Assembly: GCA_025964835.1 (NCBI GenBank)
Contig: JAOPYB010000305.1
Location: 1 to 41,855, forward strand
Source: Nocardioides sp.
GTDB taxonomy: Bacteria; Actinomycetota; Actinomycetes; Propionibacteriales; Nocardioidaceae
Reading direction: 5' to 3'
DNA length: 41,855 nucleotides
The notes below the pieces were generated by a model, which was given only the letters and a program-made list of their open reading frames with translations, was not told the DNA's origin and searched no databases. Made by a program: the position numbers and the translations under genes. This document shows, one piece after another, positions 30,294 through 39,700 of the stretch (position 1 is its first letter; every line of letters starts with the position of its first letter).

Positions 30294-31988
30294 TCACGAG
30301 CGGCCCGGGAGGCGACGGGTGACCAGGCTCACGACCTCGGTCACCTCGGTGATCCGCAGCAGCCGCGCGAGGCCGAGGTAGAGACCGAGGAAGACCAGGC
30401 CCACCACCGCGAGGTCGAGCAGGGCGTGCAGCTTGCCCGCGCCCGGGAGCACCCCGGTCACCCCCTGGCGCACGCCCCATGCCGCGGCACCGCTGAGGGC
30501 GACGGCGATCAGCACACGCACCAGGAAACGCACCAGCCGGCGACCGGCCAGGCCTCCGACGGTCCGCGACAGGATCACGTAGGACGCGGTGGCGCCGACG
30601 GCGTAGGAGCACGCGTAGGCGATCACCAGCCGCGGAGCCGTCTCCGCCGGCGTCGCTCCGTGGGTCAGCAGGACCGCCGCGACGACGTTCGTGGCGGCGA
30701 TGGCGCACTGGATGAAGAACACGCGGCGGTTCTGCTCGAGGGCGTAGAAGCCGCGGAGCATCAGGTAGTGCGCGGTGAACAGCACCAGGCCGATCCCGAA
30801 CAGGGCCAGCGAGGGCGCGAAGTTGTCGAAGTCCTCGGCGGCGCTGCCGTAGCCCCAGAGCACGTTGGCGATGTCCAGCGACATCACCGAGAACAGCACG
30901 GCGACCGGGATCACCAGGGCGTACGCCGACCGCAGCGTCGAGGACACCGCGGCGCCGACCTGGGACAGCCGGTTCTCCGCGGCGTACCTCGAGAGCAGCG
31001 GGAGCATCGCCGTGGCCAGCGAGACCGTGATGATCGAGTGCGGGACCTGGGTCAGCAGGAACGAGTTGGAGTAGACCGTGTAGCCGGTGCCCTCGGTGGA
31101 CCCCGGGCCGTTGCCGCCGGCGAGGGGGTCGATGGTGCCGCTGCTGGCCAGGCGTACGACGACCGTGTAGGCCACCTGGTTGACCACGACGAACAGCACG
31201 GTCCACACCCCGAGCCGCAGGGTGTGCCCGAGGCCGGCCCCCCGGAAGTCGAACCGAGGCCGGTAGGCGAAGCCCGCCGCCTTCAGGTAGGGCACCAGCA
31301 CCAGGAACTGCACGACGATCCCCAGCGTGGAGCCGATGCCGAGCAGCGCCTCGGCACCCGCGGTGAACCCGCCCTGCTTCTCGTCCCCGCGGGCCGGGCC
31401 GAGGGTGACCAGGTAGGTGACCAGGACCGCGACCGCGACGACGTTGTTGGCGATCGGGGCCCACATCATCGGCCCGAACCGACCGCGCGAGTTGAGCACC
31501 TGCCCGACCAGGACGAACATCCCGTAGAAGAACACCTGGGGCAGGCAGTAGCGCGCGAAGTCGATCACCGACTGGAGCTGCGCGGTGTGGGCGGGGTCGA
31601 AGTAGTGCGGGTCGAGGAACAGCCGCATCAGCCACGGGGCGGCGACCACCAGGCCGACGGTCACGACGGCGAGGAACAGGCCGGCCAGGGTGATGATCCG
31701 GTTGGTGTAGGCCTCGCCGCCGTCGGGGTCGTTCTTCATCGAGCGCACCAGCTGGGGCACCAGGACGGCGTTGACCACCCCGCCCGCCAGCAGGATGTAG
31801 AGCATGTTCGGCACCGTGTTGGCGATGTTGAACACGTCGGCGTGCAGGCCCGCCCCGAGCGCGGCCAGCAGCAGGCTGCCGCGCACGAAGCCGCTGAGCC
31901 GAGACACGACCGTCCCGGCCGCCATCACCGCGCTGGAGGAGAGCAGTGAGCTGGAGCCGGACTCCTGGGTCTGCGGTGGCTCGCTCAT
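30294..31988 (-). CDS. murJ: Lipid II flippase MurJ (MviN)
   Basis: GTVVSRLSGFVR, ANTVPNMLYILLAGG, PQVFFYG, RGFYALE; many TMs. Confidence 0.95.
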   Translation of the reverse strand: MSEPPQTQESGSSSLLSSSAVMAAGTVVSRLSGFVRGSLLLAALGAGLHADVFNIANTVPNMLYILLAGGVVNAVLVPQLVRSMKNDPDGGEAYTNRIITLAGLFLAVVTVGLVVAAPWLMRLFLDPHYFDPAHTAQLQSVIDFARYCLPQVFFYGMFVLVGQVLNSRGRFGPMMWAPIANNVVAVAVLVTYLVTLGPARGDEKQGGFTAGAEALLGIGSTLGIVVQFLVLVPYLKAAGFAYRPRFDFRGAGLGHTLRLGVWTVLFVVVNQVAYTVVVRLASSGTIDPLAGGNGPGSTEGTGYTVYSNSFLLTQVPHSIITVSLATAMLPLLSRYAAENRLSQVGAAVSSTLRSAYALVIPVAVLFSVMSLDIANVLWGYGSAAEDFDNFAPSLALFGIGLVLFTAHYLMLRGFYALEQNRRVFFIQCAIAATNVVAAVLLTHGATPAETAPRLVIAYACSYAVGATASYVILSRTVGGLAGRRLVRFLVRVLIAVALSGAAAWGVRQGVTGVLPGAGKLHALLDLAVVGLVFLGLYLGLARLLRITEVTEVVSLVTRRLPGRS

Positions 31989-34147
31989 TCGGTCCCGTCC
32001 GGACGCCAGCGGTGGTTGCGGATGCGGAGCACGATGCGACGCACGATCATCACGGCCAGCAGGGTCCCGCCCGCGATGATGATGTACCAGATCAGCCGGC
32101 CCACCTGGCTGGTGCGCAGGCTGAAGGTCAACGGGGTCCCGGCCTCCTCACCCTGCGCCGTGACCGGGTAGAGCTTCACCTCGTGCACGCCGATCCCGCT
32201 GGCGACCCGGAGCCGGAGCGTGGTCCGCTGGCCGGCCTGCATGCTCACGGGCTCGGGGGTCCGTACCTTGACCGCCGGGCTGTCCGTGCGGGCCCTCAGC
32301 CCGATGGTGATGGGCTGGTCGAGGCCGTTGACCAGGGTGACGGTGAGCGTTCCCGACCCGCCGGAGAGGGTGACGAAGTCGGTGCCGGTCACCTGGACCT
32401 TGTCCAGCTGGGTGCGCACGGTGGCGTCGAGGGCCTGCACCTGCTCGGCGGCGAGCCCCAGGGTGGGACGGGCGCTGTACGCCGACGCCTGCAGCGCCGC
32501 ACCGGTCAGGCGCTCGGTCACGTCGTTCTCGTTGGCGAGCAGGTGGCCGAGCACGTCGCTCGTGCGGACCAGGGTCCGGGTGGCGTCGACGTTGTCGCCC
32601 CGGATCTCCTGCTTGAGCTGGGCCGGGCCGTAGGCCATCGTGCCGTCGTACGCCGAGGTGGCGCCGCGCGGCACCGGGGCCAACCGGACCCACGGTCGTT
32701 GCAGGCCACCGAAGAAGTCGGCCTGGCGCCAGTAGGCACCCGGGTCCCAGCCGTAGGGGACGTTCACCACGATCGGTCGCGGGGGCTCGGAGCCCTTGGT
32801 GGCCTCCAGGGCGGCGTCGGAGAGCACGCGCTGGCGCAGGGCGAGCGGGTCCAGCGGCGTCGTCGGCGCCGGTCCGCCCGCGCTGGCCCGGGCGTCGCTG
32901 AGCACGAGGTCCTGACCCGACGGCAGCAGGGACAGGGCTTGCGTCTCGAGCTTCCCGCGGTCGCTGAGGACCATCAGCGTGTCCTTCGGCACCTCCGGGA
33001 GGAGGTCGGGGTCGAAGTACCCGCTCGGCGGGGCCACCACCGGTGCCCCGGTGAGGCTGCGCACCGCCATCCGCTTCGCGGCGAGGGTGTCGGCCCGCTT
33101 GAGCAGGCTGGGTCGACGGCGGGCCAGGGAGACGACGTCGGGGTCGGCGTACCCCAGGGTGAGGAGGTCGTGGCTGCGCGCGGTGCCCAGGAACGTCTCC
33201 AGCACGGTGGCGGCCCGCGACCGCTCCTCCTCGCTGGGGGAGCCGGACTTCGTGGAGGGCGTGGTGCTGGGGGACGCGCTCGAGCTGGGCTGGCCGTCGT
33301 CCTGCTTCTCGGCCCCCTTGGCTCGTTTGGAGCCGAACGAGAGCCCGGGGTTGCCCCGGCTGAAGTCGTCCAGGGCGTCGAGGACCGCCGGGTCGACCAG
33401 CCACGAGACGGGCGCCGCGCCGGCGGAGGCGCCGAAGTCGACCACCCGCGACAGCCGTCCCTCGGGCCGGGTGAGCGACACCCAGCGAGCGGGACCGTTC
33501 AGGCTGCCGTCGGCGGCCCGGCGAGCGCGCTCGCGCATCGGGAGCACGACCGACACCGGCACGCTGCGCGTGCGTGCCACTGCGCGCGGGACCAGCGGGA
33601 TGAAGGTGCGCGCGCGTCCGTCGGCGACCAGGTCGCGGCCGTCCACGTTGGCGCCGAGCGCGTGCACGCCGATCCAGTAGACGCCGGGGTCCGTCGAGTT
33701 CGGCAGCGACGTGACCGGCACCCGGATCGTGAACGGCGCCTGCGCGCCGGGCGCGAGGTCGCCCACGGCCGCATAGGTGCCGGAGTCGGTCAGCCGTTCC
33801 CCGACCGCGACGCTCGCCGCGGTGGCGGCCGCCTCGGCCAGCTCGTCGCGGGTGGTGATCGGCGCCGAGGAGACGAACGGCGCCACGTTGATGTCGGTCC
33901 AGTCCTCCGCGGAGGAGTTGGCCACGACCCCGGTCAGCGTGATCACGCCCTTGCGGGGGATCTCGGCGGGTGCCATCGAGGTCAGTGTCACCGACAGGGG
34001 GGTGGTCTCGCTGTCGGTGGCCTGCTTCGCGGCGTGCGCCCGGGCCGGGACCGCCACCGCCGCACCGGTCAGCAGCGGGGTCGCCACCAGGGCCGCTGAG
34101 ATGACAATCGTGCCCAGCGCACGGGTCGTCCAGCGGGCGCGGCTCAC
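31985..34147 (-). CDS. DUF6049-type secreted/membrane-anchored protein
   Basis: Signal peptide, PGVYWIGV, WLVDPAVLD, LGYADPDV, VTLVNGLDQPITI, C-terminal TM; upstream of murJ. GTG 34147 follows TAGCAT by 7 nt (track start 34261). Confidence 0.8.
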   Translation of the reverse strand: MSRARWTTRALGTIVISAALVATPLLTGAAVAVPARAHAAKQATDSETTPLSVTLTSMAPAEIPRKGVITLTGVVANSSAEDWTDINVAPFVSSAPITTRDELAEAAATAASVAVGERLTDSGTYAAVGDLAPGAQAPFTIRVPVTSLPNSTDPGVYWIGVHALGANVDGRDLVADGRARTFIPLVPRAVARTRSVPVSVVLPMRERARRAADGSLNGPARWVSLTRPEGRLSRVVDFGASAGAAPVSWLVDPAVLDALDDFSRGNPGLSFGSKRAKGAEKQDDGQPSSSASPSTTPSTKSGSPSEEERSRAATVLETFLGTARSHDLLTLGYADPDVVSLARRRPSLLKRADTLAAKRMAVRSLTGAPVVAPPSGYFDPDLLPEVPKDTLMVLSDRGKLETQALSLLPSGQDLVLSDARASAGGPAPTTPLDPLALRQRVLSDAALEATKGSEPPRPIVVNVPYGWDPGAYWRQADFFGGLQRPWVRLAPVPRGATSAYDGTMAYGPAQLKQEIRGDNVDATRTLVRTSDVLGHLLANENDVTERLTGAALQASAYSARPTLGLAAEQVQALDATVRTQLDKVQVTGTDFVTLSGGSGTLTVTLVNGLDQPITIGLRARTDSPAVKVRTPEPVSMQAGQRTTLRLRVASGIGVHEVKLYPVTAQGEEAGTPLTFSLRTSQVGRLIWYIIIAGGTLLAVMIVRRIVLRIRNHRWRPDGTE

Positions 34148-34276
34148 GTCGGCGATGCTATCTGCGTTGATGGCGCTCCTCTGGGACGCCGGTCCTTGGC
34201 TGGGCTCCTCGTCCGCCTCGCCTCTGGGTGGAGGGCTGGCCGGATCGGGTACGGGCTCCATCTAGAGTGGTGTCTC

Positions 34277-35746
34277 GTGTCCGAGGAGCCTCTGCTGATC
34301 AGTGACGTGCAGGCGCGTGTGGTGGCGGAGCTGGGGCGGATCGCTCCGGTGACCGACGAGCTGGGGCGGCGGTTCGCGGCGGCGGGCGAGGAGATCGCGC
34401 TGGTCGGGGGGCCGGTACGGGACGCGATGTTGGGGCGGCTCCAGAACGACCTCGACTTCACCACGTCGGCCACGCCGGAGGTCACCGAGAAGCTCCTCAA
34501 GGGGTGGGCGGACGCGACCTGGGACATCGGGCGCGCCTTCGGGACGATCGGCAGCCGGCGCGGGGAGTGGCAGGTCGAGATCACGACGTACCGCTCCGAG
34601 GCCTACGACCCGAGCAGCCGCAAGCCCACCGTGCAGTACGGCGACTCGCTCGTCGGCGACCTGGCCCGCCGCGACTTCACCGTGAACTCGATGGCGCTCT
34701 CGCTGCCCGGCCAGCAGCTCGAGGACCCGTTCGGGGGGATCGTCGACCTGGCCCACCAGGTGCTGCGGACCCCGGGGCGCCCGGAGGACTCGTTCTCCGA
34801 CGACCCGCTGCGGATGATGCGGGCCGCCCGCTTCTCCGCCCAGCTGGGCTTCGCGGTCGCCCCCGAGGTGGTCGCCGCGATGACGGACATGGCCGAGCGG
34901 ATCACCATCGTCTCCGCCGAGCGGGTGCGCGACGAGCTGGTCAAGATCATCGTCTCGCCCGACCCGGTCAGGGGGCTGCGGCTGCTGGTCGACACCGGCC
35001 TGGCCGACCACGTCCTGCCCGAGCTCCCCGCCCTCGCGCTGGAGCGCGACGAGCACCACCGGCACAAGGACGTCTACGAGCACACCCTGATCGTGCTGGA
35101 GCAGTCGATCGACCTCGAGGACCGGCTGGCCGACCTCACCGGCGGTGGTCCCGACTTCGTCTCCCGCTTCGCCGCGCTGATGCACGACGTCGGGAAGCCG
35201 AAGACCCGCCGGTTCGCCGACAACAACGTGGTCACCTTCCACCACCACGACGTGGTCGGTGCCAAGCTCACCCGCAAGCGGATGCAGGCGCTGAAGTTCT
35301 CCAAGGACCAGATCGATGCCGTGGCTCAGCTGGTCGAGCAGCACCTGCGCTTCCACGGCTACGGGTCGGGGGAGTGGACCGACTCCGCCGTACGCCGCTA
35401 CGTCCGCGACGCCGGGGACCAGCTCGAGCGCCTGCATGTGCTCACCCGCGCCGACTGCACGACCCGCAACAGGCGCAAGGCCGACCTGCTCCGGCGTACC
35501 TATGACGAGCTCGAGGTCCGGATCGCGCACCTCTCCGAGGCCGAGGAGCTCGCCTCGATCCGTCCCGACCTCGACGGCAACCAGATCATGGAGATCCTCG
35601 GCGTCGGACCGGGCCGGGAGGTCGGCCTTGCCTACCGCCACCTCCTCGAGCTGCGGCTGGACAACGGGCCGATGACCGAGGACGCGGCGAGGGCTGCCCT
35701 GCTCGAGTGGGCCGAGTCGCGGGGGGCCGATGTCGCGGACGCATGA
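34277..35746 (+). CDS. CCA tRNA nucleotidyltransferase with HD domain
   Basis: LVGGPVRD, DLDFTT, RRDFTVN, DDPLRMMRAARF, MHDVGKP; GTG 34277 after TAGAGT. Confidence 0.95.
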   Translation: MSEEPLLISDVQARVVAELGRIAPVTDELGRRFAAAGEEIALVGGPVRDAMLGRLQNDLDFTTSATPEVTEKLLKGWADATWDIGRAFGTIGSRRGEWQVEITTYRSEAYDPSSRKPTVQYGDSLVGDLARRDFTVNSMALSLPGQQLEDPFGGIVDLAHQVLRTPGRPEDSFSDDPLRMMRAARFSAQLGFAVAPEVVAAMTDMAERITIVSAERVRDELVKIIVSPDPVRGLRLLVDTGLADHVLPELPALALERDEHHRHKDVYEHTLIVLEQSIDLEDRLADLTGGGPDFVSRFAALMHDVGKPKTRRFADNNVVTFHHHDVVGAKLTRKRMQALKFSKDQIDAVAQLVEQHLRFHGYGSGEWTDSAVRRYVRDAGDQLERLHVLTRADCTTRNRRKADLLRRTYDELEVRIAHLSEAEELASIRPDLDGNQIMEILGVGPGREVGLAYRHLLELRLDNGPMTEDAARAALLEWAESRGADVADA

Positions 35747-36716
35747 GCACCTGCCCGGCCTGACGCTGGAGCACCTGCCGCTGGGCACCGGTGCCACGCC
35801 CGTCCGACGCCTGGACTTTGGCCTCGTCGGCGGTGCCGAGGTCTGGGTCAAGGACGAGAGTGCGTACGGCGACGGTGGCTGGGGCGGCAACAAGGTCCGC
35901 AAGCTGGAGTGGATCATCCCGGAGGCGAGGCGGCGCGGCACAAGGGCGCTGTTCACCGTCGGCGGGATCGGCACCCACTGGGGGCTGGTGGCGGCGCTCT
36001 ACGGCCGCGAGCACGGGCTGCGCACGGTGCTCGGGCTGGTCGAGCAGCCGGTCGACCAGCACGTGCGCGAGCAGTTCGCCCGGCTGGAGGCCTCGGGTGC
36101 GGAGCTCCACCGCTATCGCGACCAGCGACAGCTGCGGCTGGCGGTGCCGTTGATCTACGCGACGGCGACCGTGCGCGACCGCCGGTTGCCCTGGTTCCTG
36201 CCCGCCGGTGGGTCCAACGCCTTCGGGGCCCTGGCCTACGTGGAGACGTCGTACGAGATCGCCGACCAGGTCGCCGCCGGCGAGCTGCCGGAGCCGGCCA
36301 CCGTCGTGACGGCCGTCGGCTCGGGCGGGACCGCCGCAGGGCTGGCGCTGGGCCTGCGGCTCGCCGGCCTGCCCACCCGTGTCCTCGGCGTCGTCGTGAA
36401 CGACGCCTTCCCGCTGGACGCGCCCGTCATCGCGGGCCTGGCCAACCAGTGCGCCGACCTGCTCCGCAGCCGGAGCGCCGAGCTCGACGTGGCCCCCGTG
36501 CGGCCGGACGACGTGACCATGCGCAGCGACTGGCTGGGTGCGACGTACGGCGACCCGACGCCCGCCTCGACCGCCGCGGTGTCTGCTGCCGCGGAGGAGG
36601 GCTTCGAGCTGGAGCCCGTCTACACGGGCAAGTCGCTGGCCGCGATCCGCGACCTGGCCGCGAGGGGCGAGCTCGCCGAGCCGGTCCTGTGGCTGAACAC
36701 CCACGGTCCCCGCTAG
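35730..36716 (+). CDS. PLP enzyme of the D-cysteine desulfhydrase / ACC deaminase family
   Basis: TPV, VWVKDE, GGNKVRKLEW (PLP Lys), VGSGGTAAGL, LEPVYTGKS. Confidence 0.85.
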   Translation: MSRTHEHLPGLTLEHLPLGTGATPVRRLDFGLVGGAEVWVKDESAYGDGGWGGNKVRKLEWIIPEARRRGTRALFTVGGIGTHWGLVAALYGREHGLRTVLGLVEQPVDQHVREQFARLEASGAELHRYRDQRQLRLAVPLIYATATVRDRRLPWFLPAGGSNAFGALAYVETSYEIADQVAAGELPEPATVVTAVGSGGTAAGLALGLRLAGLPTRVLGVVVNDAFPLDAPVIAGLANQCADLLRSRSAELDVAPVRPDDVTMRSDWLGATYGDPTPASTAAVSAAAEEGFELEPVYTGKSLAAIRDLAARGELAEPVLWLNTHGPR

Positions 36717-36826
36717 CCCCAGCGCTGCAGCACCCAGCCGTCCGCGTCGCTCTCGAGCTCGACGACCCACCGTTGGCCGGCTCGTTCCCGCGGGGCCCAG
36801 GCGGGGCTGACTGGACGGCGGACCGG

Positions 36827-37696
36827 TCAGGCGGCGGGGGTGACCTGCTCGCCCTGCAGCTTGCGGAAGGTGAACGCGGCCGCGATCAGCACGAGCGGCG
36901 CGGCCACGAGCAGGCCCACGAGGCACAAGATGGCGCCGACGATGAACACCACGATGGCCAGCAGGTAGAACACGACCGTGTCGCCGAGGTGGTCGGTCGT
37001 GAACTTCACGCTCGCCTTGATCGCGTCCACCGGTTCCATGCCCTTGTCGACCACGAAGAACATCGTCCAGTTGAGCAGGAACCCGACGACCAGGCCGGGG
37101 AGGTAGCACAGGACCGTGCCGACGGCGGTGGCCACGGCGACGATCAGGGCCGCCGTGATCACCCTGGGGTTGGTCGCCCAGGTGGCGATCTCACCCAGGG
37201 AGGCCGGCTTGCCGTCGGCGACGTTCAGCGCGTTCTTGATCAGCCCGGCGCCCAGGGCTTGGATGATCAGGCTGACCAGCAGGCTGGAGACGCCGTACCC
37301 CAGGGCGCGCACGAAGAAGCCGGGACCGCACTGGGTCTCGACCGACTGGCCGAAGATGGTCCGCGTGCAGTTGTGGGTGCCGAGCAGCGTGGCGCCCAGC
37401 AGCAGCGACACGATCACCTCGACCACGACGATCACCACGAAGACCACCAGGACCGGCACCAGCAGCTCGCCCGGCTTGGCCTTGAACTTGGCCCAGGCGT
37501 AGGAGAAGGCGTCGGTGGGGCTGTAGGCGCCGCCGCTGCCGAGGGGACCGGGCGGCGGAGGCGGAGGCGCGGAGGCGCCGTACCCACCCGGGCCACCGGT
37601 CGGCGGCTGGTACGGCGGGGGTGGAGGCGGCGTCTGCCCGCTCCCGGCGCCGTAGGGGTTGTCCGAGGGAGGGGGTGAAGGGGTGCCTTCGCTCAT
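36827..37696 (-). CDS. Integral membrane protein with Pro-rich N-terminus
   Basis: MSEGTPSPPP... then DAFSYAWAKFK and ~5 TM segments; ATG 37696 follows TAAGGT by 7 nt. Confidence 0.85.
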   Translation of the reverse strand: MSEGTPSPPPSDNPYGAGSGQTPPPPPPYQPPTGGPGGYGASAPPPPPPGPLGSGGAYSPTDAFSYAWAKFKAKPGELLVPVLVVFVVIVVVEVIVSLLLGATLLGTHNCTRTIFGQSVETQCGPGFFVRALGYGVSSLLVSLIIQALGAGLIKNALNVADGKPASLGEIATWATNPRVITAALIVAVATAVGTVLCYLPGLVVGFLLNWTMFFVVDKGMEPVDAIKASVKFTTDHLGDTVVFYLLAIVVFIVGAILCLVGLLVAAPLVLIAAAFTFRKLQGEQVTPAA

Positions 37697-37771
37697 GGCC
37701 GAAACCTTAGAAACACCTGAGACAGTTGTCGATAGGCCGTTCGGGTCCCTCCCGCCCCCCAGGCAGACGAA

Positions 37772-37804
37772 AGGCGCGGGCTCCCCGTGGGGGAACCCGC
37801 GCCT
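37772..37804 (-). terminator. Hairpin terminator after ino1
   Basis: AGGCGCGGGCTCCCC-gtg-GGGGAACCCGCGCCT, ~25 nt after the ino1 stop. Confidence 0.7.
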
Positions 37805-37827
37805 CAGCGTGGTGAAGAGGAGGTGCG

Positions 37828-38919
37828 TCAGCGCTCCACGTCTCCGCGTATGAAGGCCTCGACGGAGGCGCGGCCCTCGTCGTCGGGGCGCTGCACGGGC
37901 GGGGACTTCATCAGGTAGGACGAGGCGGAGATCAGGGCGCCGCCGATGCCGCGGTCCTTGGCGATCTTGGCCGCCCGGATGGCGTCGATGATGATGCCGG
38001 CCGAGTTGGGGGAGTCCCAGACCTCGAGCTTGTACTCCAGGTTCAGCGGGACGTCGCCGAAGGCGCGGCCCTCGAGGCGCACGTAGGCCCACTTGCGGTC
38101 GTCGAGCCACTGGACGTAGTCCGACGGGCCGATGTGGAGGTTCCGCTTGCCCATGTCGTGATCCATGTTGGAGGTCACTGCCTGGGTCTTGCTGATCTTC
38201 TTTGACTCCAGCCGGTCGCGCTCCAGCATGTTCTTGAAGTCCATGTTGCCGCCGACGATGAGCTGGTAGGTGCGGTCCAGGATGACGCCGCGGTCCTCGA
38301 ACAGCTTGGCCATGACGCGGTGCGTGATGGTGGCGCCGACCTGGCTCTTGATGTCGTCGCCCACGATCGGGACGCCCGCCGCCCGGAACTTCTCGGCCCA
38401 CTCCGGCGTGCCGGCGATGAAGACCGGGAGCGCGTTGACGAAGGCGACCTTGGCGTCGATGGCGCACTGCGCGTAGTGCTTGGCGGCGAGCTCGGATCCG
38501 ACGGGCAGGTAGCAGATCAGGACGTCGACCTTGGCGTCCCGGAGCGCCTGGACGATGTCGACCGGCTGCTCGTCGGACTCCTCGATGGTCATCCGGTAGT
38601 ACTTGCCGAGCCCGTCGAGCGTCGGGCCGCGCTGCACCGTGATGTCCATGGGCGGCACGTCAGCGATCTTGATGGTGTTGTTCTCGCTGGCGACGATGGC
38701 CTCGGACAGGTCGCGGCCGACCTTCTTGGCGTCCACGTCGAAGGCGGCGACGAACTCGATGTCGCGGACGTGGTAGCCGCCGAGGGTGACGTGCATGAGG
38801 CCGGGGACGCGCCCCGCCGGGTCGGCGTCGCGGTAGTACTCGACGCCCTGGACGAGCGACGCGGCGCAGTTGCCGACGCCGACGATGGCCACGCGGATCG
38901 GCGTGCGGGTGGAACCCAT
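37828..38919 (-). CDS. ino1: myo-inositol-1-phosphate synthase
   Basis: [57 protein letters not shown]. Confidence 0.97.
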   Translation of the reverse strand: MGSTRTPIRVAIVGVGNCAASLVQGVEYYRDADPAGRVPGLMHVTLGGYHVRDIEFVAAFDVDAKKVGRDLSEAIVASENNTIKIADVPPMDITVQRGPTLDGLGKYYRMTIEESDEQPVDIVQALRDAKVDVLICYLPVGSELAAKHYAQCAIDAKVAFVNALPVFIAGTPEWAEKFRAAGVPIVGDDIKSQVGATITHRVMAKLFEDRGVILDRTYQLIVGGNMDFKNMLERDRLESKKISKTQAVTSNMDHDMGKRNLHIGPSDYVQWLDDRKWAYVRLEGRAFGDVPLNLEYKLEVWDSPNSAGIIIDAIRAAKIAKDRGIGGALISASSYLMKSPPVQRPDDEGRASVEAFIRGDVER

Positions 38920-38950
38920 GCGGGTGCTCCTTGAAGTGTGGAGAGGGGGG

Positions 38951-39511
38951 TCAGGGACGTGCGGGCTTGCTGTTGTTGCGCTCGGTCTCGATCAGCTCGG
39001 TGAGCCAGCGGACCTCTCGCTCGACGCTCTCCAGCCCGTGCTCCTGCAGCTGGAGGGTGTAGTTGTCGAGGCGCTCGCGAGTGCGGGCGAGCCCGCTGCG
39101 GACGCCTTCGCGCCGCTCCTCGAGCCGGGACCGGCGGCCCTCGAGGATGCGCACGCGCACCTCGGGGTCGGTCTGGCTGAAGAACGCGAAGTGCACGCCG
39201 AAGGTCTCGTCCTCCCAGGAGGAGGGTCCGGCCTCGGCGAGGAGCTCCTGGAGCTTCTCCTTGCCGTCCGCGGTGAGCTTGTAGACGACCTTGCCGCGCC
39301 GGCCGGTGAGGGCCGGCGCACCCGCCACGACCTCCGCGTCGCCCTCGTCCTCGGCGATCCACCCGGAGTCGCGCATGCGGCGCAGCGTCGGGTAGAGCGA
39401 TCCGTACGAGAAGGCGCGGAACGTGCCGAGCGTGGCCTTGAGCCGCTGACGCAGCTCGTAGCCGTGCAGGGGCGACTCGTGCAGCAGGCCGAGGACGGCG
39501 AGCTCGAGCAC
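38951..39511 (-). CDS. PadR family regulator (Rv0047c/InoR-like)
   Basis: [33 protein letters not shown]; upstream of ino1. Confidence 0.93.
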   Translation of the reverse strand: MLELAVLGLLHESPLHGYELRQRLKATLGTFRAFSYGSLYPTLRRMRDSGWIAEDEGDAEVVAGAPALTGRRGKVVYKLTADGKEKLQELLAEAGPSSWEDETFGVHFAFFSQTDPEVRVRILEGRRSRLEERREGVRSGLARTRERLDNYTLQLQEHGLESVEREVRWLTELIETERNNSKPARP

Positions 39512-39535
39512 GTTCGCCCCCCTTCGTCCTGCCGT

Positions 39536-39562
39536 CCCGATGTATCGCGGCGATACATCGGG
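39536..39562. promoter_or_regulatory. Palindromic operator upstream of padR-ino1
   Basis: CCCGATGTATCG-cgg-CGATACATCGGG, perfect 12-bp arms. Confidence 0.75.
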
Positions 39563-39700
39563 CTGTCAGCAGGAACAGTACGTCCCGATGTCCGGAACGG
39601 CAACACGGCGGGGCCGGGAGGTGAACAGCGTCACCCGGCGTCGCCGGACCGTGACCAGACCGGCGGTGTGTGCGGCGGCGGCATCGGGGAGCATGGGCGG

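Noticed and set aside
35730-36716. Calling the PLP enzyme ACC deaminase (acdS)
   Set aside because: It lacks the diagnostic Glu (has YTGK) and Leu positions.
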